From a virus, in IMG/VR virus record IMGVR_UViG_3300034166_000560: a stretch of DNA of 64,000 nt; one strand, 5' to 3'. The notes beneath the pieces were generated by a model that was not told where the DNA came from, ran no database searches, and saw nothing but the letters and a program-made list of their open reading frames with translations. Each line of letters opens with the position of its first letter. The stretch's first letter is position 1. The translations under genes and the position numbers were made by a program. Positions 1 to 8,926 of this stretch are shown here, piece after piece.

Positions 1-452
1 GTATGTTCCCTAAAGATATTGTTGGTGGTGGTACTGGTGGAGTATACTCTGCGGATAACATTTGGATTCTAGGAAGGCAGCAGGATAAAGATGGCACAGA
101 GATTCAGGGCTACCATTTTGTCATTAATGTTGAGAAATCCCGTTACGTTCGTGAAAAATCTAAGATACCGATTACCGTTAATTATGAGGGTGGCATTAAT
201 CGTTGGAGCGGTTTGCTCGATATTGCCCTCGAAGGCGGTTACGTGGCTAAACCAAAGGTGGGTTGGTATGCCAAGGTGGATCGTACGACTGGGGAAGTGG
301 ATGGAAAGAACTTCCGAGCGAATGATATCGTGGACAGTAAAGAATTTTGGATGACACTATTCCAGGAAACAGACTTTGCTGCATACATCAAGCGCAAGTA
401 TTCGCTTGACACTGAAGGCAGTTTAGTTTATGATGACGAGGACGAAGAATGA
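1..452 (+). CDS. uvsX: RecA-like recombinase UvsX (C-terminal part, 5' end outside window)
   Basis: GGGTGGVYSADNIWILGRQQ, VEKSRYVREKSKIPI and GGINRWSGLLD match T4-like UvsX; lies upstream of the gp41 helicase. Confidence 0.93.
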   Translation, partial: MFPKDIVGGGTGGVYSADNIWILGRQQDKDGTEIQGYHFVINVEKSRYVREKSKIPITVNYEGGINRWSGLLDIALEGGYVAKPKVGWYAKVDRTTGEVDGKNFRANDIVDSKEFWMTLFQETDFAAYIKRKYSLDTEGSLVYDDEDEE

Positions 453-481
453 AAGTTTATATCGGTTAAAAGATGAAAGTT

Positions 482-505
482 TATAAATACTCCAAAAGGA
501 GTATT
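482..505 (+). promoter_or_regulatory. T4-type late promoter overlapping an RBS-sequestering hairpin
   Basis: TATAAATA at 482-489; AATACTCC-AAAA-GGAGTATT hairpin (486-505) contains the GGAG SD of the HNH gene. Confidence 0.75.
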
Positions 506-507
506 AA

Positions 508-999
508 ATGGGTAAACACATTCATCATATTATACCAAGATATATGGGAGGTACTAACGATCCTTCAAACCTTATAGAACTTTCGGTCGAAGAACACGCC
601 GAAGCCCATAAAAAATTATGGGAAGAGAATGGTAACTGGCAAGATCTCATAGCTTGGAAATCTCTTTCTGGACAAATAAGTGGAGATGATCTGAGACGTG
701 AAATAACAAGATTGACTTGGCTTGGCAGGAACCATTCTCCAGAATCTATTGAAAAGATAAAAAAGGCTCGTTCTAAGCAGATTACTACAGAAGAGACTAG
801 AAAGAAAATGTCTTTGGCCAGAAAAGGTAAAAAATTAAATTGGGAAACTAATACAACCACCCCAGAGGCTAATGCTAAGAGAAGTGAAACGATGAAAGGT
901 CGTCCAAAAGAAAAAATACAATGCCCACACTGTAAAAAGGTTGGAGGCAAACCACAAATGATTCAATGGCATTTTGATAATTGTAAGGAAAGAATTTAA
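508..999 (+). CDS. HNH homing endonuclease with NUMOD3-like repeats
   Basis: HHIIPRYMGGTNDPSNLIELSVEEHAEAH HNH motif; HSPESIEK and TEETRKKMS repeats; C-terminal CPHC. Confidence 0.85.
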   Translation: MGKHIHHIIPRYMGGTNDPSNLIELSVEEHAEAHKKLWEENGNWQDLIAWKSLSGQISGDDLRREITRLTWLGRNHSPESIEKIKKARSKQITTEETRKKMSLARKGKKLNWETNTTTPEANAKRSETMKGRPKEKIQCPHCKKVGGKPQMIQWHFDNCKERI

Positions 1000-1631
1000 T
1001 GCGTGTATATATCGGGCCATACACTACATGGCTAGGACCATACCAGATCGCTGACAAGATTCCTTTTGTCAGCGAGGAAACCAGAGACAAGATTGGCGAA
1101 TGGCTTGCCAATACTTGGGTTGCTGATGTTTGTAGCTGGATTGATAGCAAGAAAGAACGTAAGATAAAGATTCGTATTGACAAGTATGATACTTGGAATA
1201 TGGATAGCACTCTTGCTTTGATTATCGTTCCAATGTTAAAGCAGCTAAGAGAGACCAAGCATGGTGCTCCGATGGTTGACAACGACGACGTTCCAGTGCA
1301 TATGCGTTATGATGATGCTGCTCCTGTCTATAATGAGAACGACGAATACATTTATCCTACAACTCAGTGGTTTATGCATAAGTGGGATTGGGTTCTTAAT
1401 GAAATGATCTGGGCGTTCGAGCAGTATGACACTGACTGGGAACAACAGTATGTCATCCAAAAGGGTGAGATTGATTGGGAAGACTATCCTGAAGACGAAG
1501 GTAAAGATGCTATTCCTCTTCGTTGGAAAAAAGAATGCATAATTAATTTCGAAGGTCGTCAGGCTCATCAAGAACGAATTGCCAATGGCATTAGACTGTT
1601 CGGTAAGTATTATCAAAATCTGTGGGACTGA
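999..1631 (+). CDS. hypothetical T4-like phage protein
   Basis: 210-aa ORF coupled to the previous stop; ends LFGKYYQNLWD, a motif common in phage hypotheticals. Confidence 0.7.
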   Translation: MRVYIGPYTTWLGPYQIADKIPFVSEETRDKIGEWLANTWVADVCSWIDSKKERKIKIRIDKYDTWNMDSTLALIIVPMLKQLRETKHGAPMVDNDDVPVHMRYDDAAPVYNENDEYIYPTTQWFMHKWDWVLNEMIWAFEQYDTDWEQQYVIQKGEIDWEDYPEDEGKDAIPLRWKKECIINFEGRQAHQERIANGIRLFGKYYQNLWD

Positions 1632-1632
1632 A

Positions 1633-2217
1633 ATGAAAGAACATTTTATCAATCAACTTGACAATTTTATTTGTGGGTGGTATATTGATAAGAATGTTTG
1701 TGGTGATATGATTGAATATCATCGTAATTGTGAACATAAACGTCCTGGAGCTTATGGCAAAAATAAACAAATTGATAAATCTATTAAAGATAGTATCGAT
1801 TGCGTATTAGAAGATAATAATCTCTGTAAAAGATATTATTCTGAATTACAAAATTGCGTTGATTTGTATGTCAAAAAATATCCAGGTTGTAACGTTGGAC
1901 CTGCATGGAGAAATACTGAGAATGCAAATCTTCAGTATTATCCTCCAGGCGGTGGGTATCACGTTTGGCACACTGAAAGATATTCAATGAAACCGCCTAT
2001 CGTTTATCGTCATTTAGTATTTTTGACTTATTTGAATGACGTAAACGATGGTGGCGAAACAGAATTCATGCACCAAAAAATAAAAATAAAACCAGAAACT
2101 GGGTTGACATTAATATGGCCAGTTGATTGGACTTACGTTCATAGAGGTGTTGCTTCTTTGACTGAAGAAAAGTATATTTACACTGGTTGGTTTAATTTTT
2201 ACGAGGAGAACGTATGA
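1633..2217 (+). CDS. 2OG-Fe(II) oxygenase
   Basis: QYYPPGGGYHVWHTE (HxE), TYLNDVNDGGETEF, THRG-like YVHRG, KYIYTGW; ATG at 1633 chosen as start. Confidence 0.85.
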   Translation: MKEHFINQLDNFICGWYIDKNVCGDMIEYHRNCEHKRPGAYGKNKQIDKSIKDSIDCVLEDNNLCKRYYSELQNCVDLYVKKYPGCNVGPAWRNTENANLQYYPPGGGYHVWHTERYSMKPPIVYRHLVFLTYLNDVNDGGETEFMHQKIKIKPETGLTLIWPVDWTYVHRGVASLTEEKYIYTGWFNFYEENV

Positions 2218-3620
2218 GCATTGAGAGAATAATCCTTTCCAATTTAATTCATAATGATAAATATAACAGAAAGGTCATTCCCTTTCTGAAGAGCGATTAT
2301 TTCCAGGATTATTCTGAGCGTGTTGTTTTTGATCTCATCGACGAATATGTAAAGAAATATAACTCTTTCCCTTCTACAGAAGCGTTAGCAATAGACCTGT
2401 CTAATAAAGAAGGACTAAACGATCAGACATTCAAGAACAGCAAGGATATTATTGCGGGACTCGAATCTGATTCTAACACGAAACTAGATTGGCTCTTGGA
2501 TAATACAGAGAAGTTCTGTCAGGATAAAGCGCTTTATCTTGCTATCATGAAGTCGATCAAAATAATGGATGAAAAAGATGGACAAATCTCCAAAGGTTCA
2601 ATCCCAACTATTCTTACCGATGCTCTTGCTGTGTCTTTTGATACCAGCATTGGTCATGATTTTCTGGATGACAGTGATGAACGATTTGAGTTCTACCACC
2701 GTAAAGAGAAAAGAATTCCCTTCGACCTTGACTTCTTTAACGCAATTACAAATGGTGGCTTGCCCGAAAAAACCCTCAACATTGCCTTGGCTGGGACAGG
2801 AGTTGGTAAATCCATGTTCATGTGCCACTGCGCAGCAGGTAATCTCACGAGGGGCCATAACGTACTGTATATCACGCTAGAGATGTCAGAGGAACGCATC
2901 GCTGAACGTATCGATGCGAACCTTCTTGATGTTTCTATCGAAGAACTAGAACTATTACCAAAGCAATCTTATGATGCTAAGATTAATAGACTAAAAGAAA
3001 AATATACTAGTAAGTTAATTGTTAAGGAATATCCAACAGCTGGCGCTGGATCTGCCAATTTCCGTCACCTGTTGAATGAATTGAGAATTAAGAAAAACTT
3101 TGTTCCAGATATTATCTATATTGATTATCTGAATATTTGTATGTCATCGAGGCTAAAGTATGGATCCAACGTCAATTCTTATACCCTTATCAAATCCATC
3201 GCAGAAGAACTCCGTGGGTTGGCCGTTGAGTTCAGCGTCCCTATCGTCAGTGCAACTCAAACAACTCGAAGCGGATATTCGAACAGCGACGTGGGATTGG
3301 AGGATACATCGGAATCCTTTGGACTCCCAGCCACAGCTGATTTTATGTTTGCCCTCATTGGATCAGAGGAACTTGAAAGTCTCAACCAGATCATGGTTAA
3401 GCAACTCAAGAATCGTTATTCCGATCCTAGCACTAATCGTAGGTTTATTGTTGGGATTGACCGTAGCAAAATGCGACTATATGACGTGGATCAATCTGCT
3501 CAAGAAGGACTTGTTGACGATCGTCCAGTAATGGACAAGGGCAAGTTCATGGAGGAAGAGAATGAGCGACACAGACCAAAGACGAAATTCGATAGAAGCA
3601 AGTTTGATGGTTTTAAATGA
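2214..3620 (+). CDS. 41: replicative DNA helicase (T4 gp41-like, DnaB family)
   Basis: Walker A AGTGVGKS, LEMSEE, IYIDYLN, SATQTTRSG, SESFGLPATAD, KQLKNRY. Confidence 0.96.
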   Translation: MSIERIILSNLIHNDKYNRKVIPFLKSDYFQDYSERVVFDLIDEYVKKYNSFPSTEALAIDLSNKEGLNDQTFKNSKDIIAGLESDSNTKLDWLLDNTEKFCQDKALYLAIMKSIKIMDEKDGQISKGSIPTILTDALAVSFDTSIGHDFLDDSDERFEFYHRKEKRIPFDLDFFNAITNGGLPEKTLNIALAGTGVGKSMFMCHCAAGNLTRGHNVLYITLEMSEERIAERIDANLLDVSIEELELLPKQSYDAKINRLKEKYTSKLIVKEYPTAGAGSANFRHLLNELRIKKNFVPDIIYIDYLNICMSSRLKYGSNVNSYTLIKSIAEELRGLAVEFSVPIVSATQTTRSGYSNSDVGLEDTSESFGLPATADFMFALIGSEELESLNQIMVKQLKNRYSDPSTNRRFIVGIDRSKMRLYDVDQSAQEGLVDDRPVMDKGKFMEEENERHRPKTKFDRSKFDGFK

Positions 3621-3813
3621 GTTGCACAAAGAAACTTTACAAGCATTAGCTGAAAGCGAAAAGAAAGAACTCGAGTTTCAGTTAGCTATGGCAGAAGATG
3701 TCTGGTTGAAAGTAAAAGGATATCCTATCCCAGATAGTTATTCCATAAAAGATAGACTAGAAATCTTCGAGAGATATTATCATCGTGCAGTTTCTCAGTC
3801 GCAAGGCGAATGA
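3607..3813 (+). CDS. small hypothetical protein, paralogous to the N-terminus of the next gene
   Basis: MAEDVWLKVKGYPIPDSYS resembles MAEELWLKVEGYPMPDTFS in 3814-4557; start uncertain. Confidence 0.6.
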   Translation: MVLNELHKETLQALAESEKKELEFQLAMAEDVWLKVKGYPIPDSYSIKDRLEIFERYYHRAVSQSQGE

Positions 3814-4557
3814 ATGATAGATACGCAAAATTACACACAAGGTTTGGAAACTATACCTGACAGAACCAAACAAATAATTTGTGTTATGGCAGAAGAATTA
3901 TGGCTAAAAGTGGAAGGTTATCCGATGCCTGATACTTTTAGCGATAAAGAAAAGAGATTATATTATCAAGATAATCATTTAAAGTATTTGCAATCCTTGG
4001 CGAAAACTGCTTCCAATTCTATTCTGTATCATAAAAACTATGACATTACTTTTTTAAAGGCTATGGTTCTACAACTACCAGAGGAATTGTGGTTTTCGGA
4101 TACAGAAAGACAGAAAGCGTATATTGTTCATCGCCAAACTCAAAGTATCATTAATACTGATGTTTCAATTTTTTATAAATCTAATGATCCGTTTGAACCA
4201 AAAGAGTCAAATATACTTCCTCATTATTTAAAAGAATATACTAACGAAATTATAAAAGATTTAGAAAGAACTTTTGATGGAAAGGTTGGTAAATCAAGCT
4301 ACGTTAGATTAAACGCAGGTTGTTTCATTCCAGAACATTCTGATAATTTCGAATATCTTAGAATGGTTCATCGTTTTCATATTCCTATCGTTACTAATCC
4401 AGATGTATTATTTAAAGTTGGAGAAGAAAGCGTGAATATGAAAGAAGGAGAGTGTTACGAAATTGATGTTAGTCTGTTACACTCAGTTTGGAACAACGGC
4501 GACACACCAAGAGTCCATTTGATAGTGGACATTATGCCGAATGAGTTAATAAAATGA
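3814..4557 (+). CDS. aspartyl/asparaginyl beta-hydroxylase-like 2OG-Fe(II) oxygenase
   Basis: IPEHSD, HRFHIPIVTN, GECYEID, HSVWNNGDTPRVHLIVD. Confidence 0.85.
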   Translation: MIDTQNYTQGLETIPDRTKQIICVMAEELWLKVEGYPMPDTFSDKEKRLYYQDNHLKYLQSLAKTASNSILYHKNYDITFLKAMVLQLPEELWFSDTERQKAYIVHRQTQSIINTDVSIFYKSNDPFEPKESNILPHYLKEYTNEIIKDLERTFDGKVGKSSYVRLNAGCFIPEHSDNFEYLRMVHRFHIPIVTNPDVLFKVGEESVNMKEGECYEIDVSLLHSVWNNGDTPRVHLIVDIMPNELIK

Positions 4558-4736
4558 TTCCTAATTGGGTAAGAATATTGGTACCTGCAGTATTGTTTGC
4601 AGGTTTATTCAGAGTCATTTTGGCTCATTTCGTTCCGTTGTTTTTTTATGAATAACCCTATCGCAGTAGCTGCAGTGAAAGCAGCAATCATAGCAAATAT
4701 ATTTTATGTTCTCTTGAAAGCAGCAGTGGAGTATAG

Positions 4737-4937
4737 ATGGTAATATGTTCTTGTAACGTCGTAACGACTGAAGATATTCGAGCGGTGCTGACATATGCGA
4801 CAGCAGCGAACGAAAGACAGGTTCTCAATATGCTTGGTTGGGAATCCGATTGTGCAGTCTGCGCCAATAATCTGGTGACAGAAATTCGTAAGGTGATGAA
4901 GGAGTTTGAACATGGCGATGAATTACAAGGTTGTTGA
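4737..4937 (+). CDS. Bfd-like [2Fe-2S] protein
   Basis: MVICSCNVVTTEDIR...DCAVC has the C-x-C...C-x2-C pattern of bacterioferritin-associated ferredoxin. Confidence 0.75.
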   Translation: MVICSCNVVTTEDIRAVLTYATAANERQVLNMLGWESDCAVCANNLVTEIRKVMKEFEHGDELQGC

Positions 4938-5124
4938 GATTGGTGGTTCTTATTGCGTCGAGGAAAAGACCACAGGATATATCATCGAGGCATATAATAC
5001 CCCAGAAGAAGCCAAGAAAAAGATGAAATTTTTGAATTTAGGCGGTGGATTTGATGGTTTTACACCCTCTTTTGTGCTTAGTGAGAATACCAAAAACCTA
5101 AATAAAAGCAGCAAAAATATGTAG
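4912..5124 (+). CDS. hypothetical protein
   Basis: ORF with GGAG SD; LNLGGGFDGFTPSF motif. Confidence 0.65.
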   Translation: MAMNYKVVEIGGSYCVEEKTTGYIIEAYNTPEEAKKKMKFLNLGGGFDGFTPSFVLSENTKNLNKSSKNM

Positions 5125-5210
5125 GACGCCTTGAGCGTCAGCGGCACGAGCCACAATAGAAGGGCCACGGAATAGTCGGGAGTAAATGGTGGGGTTCCAC
5201 CCGACCGTAT
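5125..5210 (+). ncRNA. putative structured RNA element
   Basis: GC-rich intergenic stretch with stems GACGC/GCGTC, GTCGGG/CCCGAC and ACG/CGT, just before a terminator. Confidence 0.35.
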
Positions 5211-5228
5211 TTTTGTTAGAATTTATCG

Positions 5229-5254
5229 GGGCGAGTCGAAAGGCTCGCCCTTTT
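5229..5254 (+). terminator. intrinsic terminator
   Basis: GGGCGAGTC-GAAA-GGCTCGCCC followed by TTTT. Confidence 0.85.
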
Positions 5255-5271
5255 GTCTTTTAAATAAATGC

Positions 5272-5300
5272 TTGACATAAGGCTCCCCATTCCGTAAGAT
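5272..5300 (+). promoter_or_regulatory. sigma70-like promoter
   Basis: TTGACA-17 nt-TAAGAT, followed by an ATAAATA late-like element. Confidence 0.55.
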
Positions 5301-5332
5301 AAATATCTTAAAACTTAACTCTGGGGATAATA

Positions 5333-6805
5333 ATGTTTACATTCTCGCAATATTTGACAGAAAGAAAAGATCTCGGTGGCCTTTCTACAAACGAGGCAGG
5401 CAAATTACACGAGGTTCTTCTTGGCGGTCTAGTTCATCATTACGCTCAAGAATATCAGAAGAATAAAAATTTCGGACATAAAAAAGCTCATGAGCTTGCA
5501 ATGGCCGCCATCAGTAACCCCAAAAAGGTTAGAGGTGGGCATATGTATAACATCAACCATATGCCTCAGTTTAAGAATATTGATAACAAGTCTGCTAAAC
5601 AATTGCATGACGAATTCGGGGCTAAACTCTCACCAGAAAATTATCATGAAAGCTATCTACATGCGCTTCACGGCGCATCAGCTTTGATAGATCATCTTCA
5701 TAATAATGGCATCAAAGATATTAAAGGCGCACACTTTACCGCCAATAAAAACGACATCAACAGATTGCCTGGTTATGAAACCATTTCTGACGAAAAGAAT
5801 AATTCAGACATCGTTGTTGAACATGGTCACAAAGGAAAATATTTCGGCGTTAGTTTAAAATCTGGTAAAGAGTCTAAACTAAACAATCCTGGTATGGGAA
5901 CTGTTAGAGATCTTATTGACCAGTATCATCAAAAGATAACAGGTAAAAAAGGAACATTTAGTTCTGATGCCTCGAAAGCAGAAGCTGCAGCCAAACAAGC
6001 TCACCTAGACATTCTTAACAAGAATAAGTCATTCTTGAATAAGCATTTTGGTGAAAATGGTATAACATTGGCTGGCGGATTAAAGAAAAACAAAGACGGT
6101 AATCTAGAATTAAACAAAGAAGCATTTAGATATCTCGAAAAAGCCGAGCCAACAAAAGACGACAAATATGGTCATATGTATTCTGATGCTAAAACAAGAA
6201 AGCAGTTTCAAGATATATATGCAAATCTGAGAGATTCTAGAACAGAGACAGCCAAAAGAGCCACAAACGCTTCTATGTCAAAACACATTCAGAATATTAT
6301 GGCTCAACAAAAAGATCCTTCTAAACATGAAATGATTAGAGAATTTATGAAAAAATTCTATAACATTGGCAGACAAGAAGGACAAATGCCAGTTGTTAGA
6401 TTGAATACTGCTAAAAATACAGCGGGCGCTGTTAAGAAAGGAGCTCCAGAAAGAGTTTCTACAGTATCAGATGCAGAGTCTGATTTTGACAAGGGATTCA
6501 ATTCTTCGATTGGTAACTATAAAGTTACTAGTAATCCAGGAACTATCAACACTACCATAACTTCGCCATCAGGTCATAACGCTAGTTTGGTAGTTGATTC
6601 TTCGCCAGCTGGTGGTGGTAGTATGGTAAACAGGGCGGGAGTTCACGTTTGGGATAAATCAGTCCATGGTGAAGAACCAGCCCCTGCACCTGCTCCAACA
6701 AAAAGAACCAAAGCAGTAAGCACTAGAGTTGCACCAAACGGGTTTCCAGAGCATATGCACCAAGCGCATAAAGATACAACATACATGGGACACCAAGACA
6801 TATGA
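5333..6805 (+). CDS. putative capsid-packaged protein with a PD-(D/E)xK-like motif
   Basis: N-terminus MFTFSQYLTE resembles the T4 internal-protein targeting sequence; GKLHEVL...NSDIVV...GVSLK fits a restriction-like nuclease core. Confidence 0.5.
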   Translation: MFTFSQYLTERKDLGGLSTNEAGKLHEVLLGGLVHHYAQEYQKNKNFGHKKAHELAMAAISNPKKVRGGHMYNINHMPQFKNIDNKSAKQLHDEFGAKLSPENYHESYLHALHGASALIDHLHNNGIKDIKGAHFTANKNDINRLPGYETISDEKNNSDIVVEHGHKGKYFGVSLKSGKESKLNNPGMGTVRDLIDQYHQKITGKKGTFSSDASKAEAAAKQAHLDILNKNKSFLNKHFGENGITLAGGLKKNKDGNLELNKEAFRYLEKAEPTKDDKYGHMYSDAKTRKQFQDIYANLRDSRTETAKRATNASMSKHIQNIMAQQKDPSKHEMIREFMKKFYNIGRQEGQMPVVRLNTAKNTAGAVKKGAPERVSTVSDAESDFDKGFNSSIGNYKVTSNPGTINTTITSPSGHNASLVVDSSPAGGGSMVNRAGVHVWDKSVHGEEPAPAPAPTKRTKAVSTRVAPNGFPEHMHQAHKDTTYMGHQDI

Positions 6806-8031
6806 GAATAGATTTCAAAACCTTTCTTTCAGAACAAGCAGCTGCCCCAGAAGGAAAAGCGCTAAAACACTTAACTCATGTCGAAGATCATGTCATTCAC
6901 AATGGTCATGATGGTGTTGCTACTGCCGACGAACATCTTCGTGGTATGCACGATATGTTACTTGGTAAAAGATCAAGTTTGCACGCTTCTACGAAATACG
7001 ATGGTGCACCATCAATTGTATTTGGACAGCATCCAGAAACTGGTCAGTTCTTCGTAGCATCAAAATCAGCGTTTAACAAAACGCCAAAGATTAATTATAC
7101 TGAAGAAGATATTGAACGTAATCATGGCCATGCTCCTGGATTAGTTGAAAAGCTAAAACATGCATTGCGTCATCTTCCTGGTATTATGCCACGTGAAGGC
7201 GGGATATATCAGGGCGACCTAATGCATACAGAGGGTGATGCAGTAACAAAAGACGGCAAAACTTCTATAACTCCAAATACATTATCATATTCTGCTGCAA
7301 GCGATTCGCCAGAAGGCAGAAATATGGCAAAGAAACTCGGTGTTGTCGTTCATACAAAGTATACTGGGCGTGGTGGTTTAGGTAGTATGTCAGCGCAGCC
7401 ACTAGATGATAAAACACGTGCTAAATTCAGAGATCATCCAGACGTTAATAATATTGATCCAACAATAGACGTTAATCCTTCTAATTATTCTCCAGAAGAT
7501 CAGAAGGCATTTCTTAATCATATGGATAAAGCTAAAAGAGTTTATGCTTCTATGAAACCAGAAGCAATGGACGCTGTTGCTGGACATGGAGCTAATCTAG
7601 AAGGCCATATTAATAATATGATTAGAACTGGCGGAACTGCATCAGTTCAGGGTTATATGGATCATTTAACTGCAAGACATCAGAAAGATCTAGAAAAAGT
7701 CAAGACAGACGCTTCCAAGCAAAAGAAAATACAAGCACATGGTGAATTGCTTTCTCACATCAGCAATAACAGAGAGCATTTCGAAAAGCTATTACAACTT
7801 CATGGTCATCTACAAGATGCCAAAAACGTTCTAGTTGGCGTTTTGGCTAAGAATGCTCCATACGAGCATAGCGTTGCTGGTGAGCACACTGGTCCAGAGG
7901 GAACAGTTGTTGTTGATAAAAAGGGTAATGCTTCGAAATTCAATAACAGAAGAGAATTCAATCGCCTAAATTTCTTGAAAGGCGCATTCCAGAAACAGCA
8001 GGTAGCAAATGCAGAAGCACAACTTCAGTAA
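6802..8031 (+). CDS. DUF6267-like protein with covalent nucleotidyltransferase (ligase-like) motifs
   Basis: KHLTHVED, TKYDGAPSIVFG (KxDG), YQGDLM, PEGTVV, and KF near the C-terminus. Confidence 0.65.
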   Translation: MRIDFKTFLSEQAAAPEGKALKHLTHVEDHVIHNGHDGVATADEHLRGMHDMLLGKRSSLHASTKYDGAPSIVFGQHPETGQFFVASKSAFNKTPKINYTEEDIERNHGHAPGLVEKLKHALRHLPGIMPREGGIYQGDLMHTEGDAVTKDGKTSITPNTLSYSAASDSPEGRNMAKKLGVVVHTKYTGRGGLGSMSAQPLDDKTRAKFRDHPDVNNIDPTIDVNPSNYSPEDQKAFLNHMDKAKRVYASMKPEAMDAVAGHGANLEGHINNMIRTGGTASVQGYMDHLTARHQKDLEKVKTDASKQKKIQAHGELLSHISNNREHFEKLLQLHGHLQDAKNVLVGVLAKNAPYEHSVAGEHTGPEGTVVVDKKGNASKFNNRREFNRLNFLKGAFQKQQVANAEAQLQ

Positions 8032-8926
8032 TTATTTTTTAGCAGAAGCAGATAAAACAACTCATGTAATGACATTCATGAGAGCCAATCCACCAACTAT
8101 TGGTCATGAGCGAGTTGTCAATCATGTTATGGATCTCGCTAAAAATTTAGATGCAAATCATAGCATAGTTCTATCTCATTCTTTTGATGGCGATAAGAAC
8201 CCATTAACTGCTGAACAGAAATTAAGACATGCACAGATAGCATTTCCTGGCGCTAATGTAACAACTTCATCGCCAGAATCTCCAACATTGTTACACCACG
8301 CTTCAGAATTACATAAGAAGGGCGTAAAGAATTTACACCTTGTTGTTGGGCAGGACAGAGTGGAACAGTTCCAACAACTATTATCTAGATATAACGGTCA
8401 AGAAGGACCACATGGATTCTTTAATTTCGATAATATTACTGTTCACTCTGCTGGTGGGCGTGATCCAGACGCTGAGGGCGTTGAAGGCGTTTCAGGAACA
8501 AGCCAAAGAAACCACGCAAGACTAGGAAACTTTGAAGGTTTCCGTGCAGGCGCTCCAAGTCGTATGACAGACGAACAAGCCGCTTCTCTAATGAATGATA
8601 TTCGTAACGCTAAAGCTCCAGAGAAACCAAAGAAGCCAGCAGCAAAGAAAAAACTTAAAGAAGATACAACAACTGCAGTAGATGTTAGAGGACTAGGATA
8701 TATAACTGGAGATCCAGCAGTCGATAGTTCTGTTACAACAAACGATGTTGATTCTAATTTCTTCAGAGGAGGATTAACTTCTTCGATAAAGAAAAGCGAT
8801 AATCCTTTGGCTGCTAGAATAGGTTTTAAATCGTTTAACCCTAATATGATCTCAAGAGATAAAACTCTACAATACTGGGACACAGACGAGAATGGTGACC
8901 CATTAAAGGGTAGAAGGAAGAAATAA
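8009..8926 (+). CDS. cytidyltransferase-like (HIGH-family) protein
   Basis: RANPPTIGHE, KNPL, LVVGQDRV, SAGGRDPDAEGVEGVSGT. Confidence 0.8.
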   Translation: MQKHNFSNYFLAEADKTTHVMTFMRANPPTIGHERVVNHVMDLAKNLDANHSIVLSHSFDGDKNPLTAEQKLRHAQIAFPGANVTTSSPESPTLLHHASELHKKGVKNLHLVVGQDRVEQFQQLLSRYNGQEGPHGFFNFDNITVHSAGGRDPDAEGVEGVSGTSQRNHARLGNFEGFRAGAPSRMTDEQAASLMNDIRNAKAPEKPKKPAAKKKLKEDTTTAVDVRGLGYITGDPAVDSSVTTNDVDSNFFRGGLTSSIKKSDNPLAARIGFKSFNPNMISRDKTLQYWDTDENGDPLKGRRKK

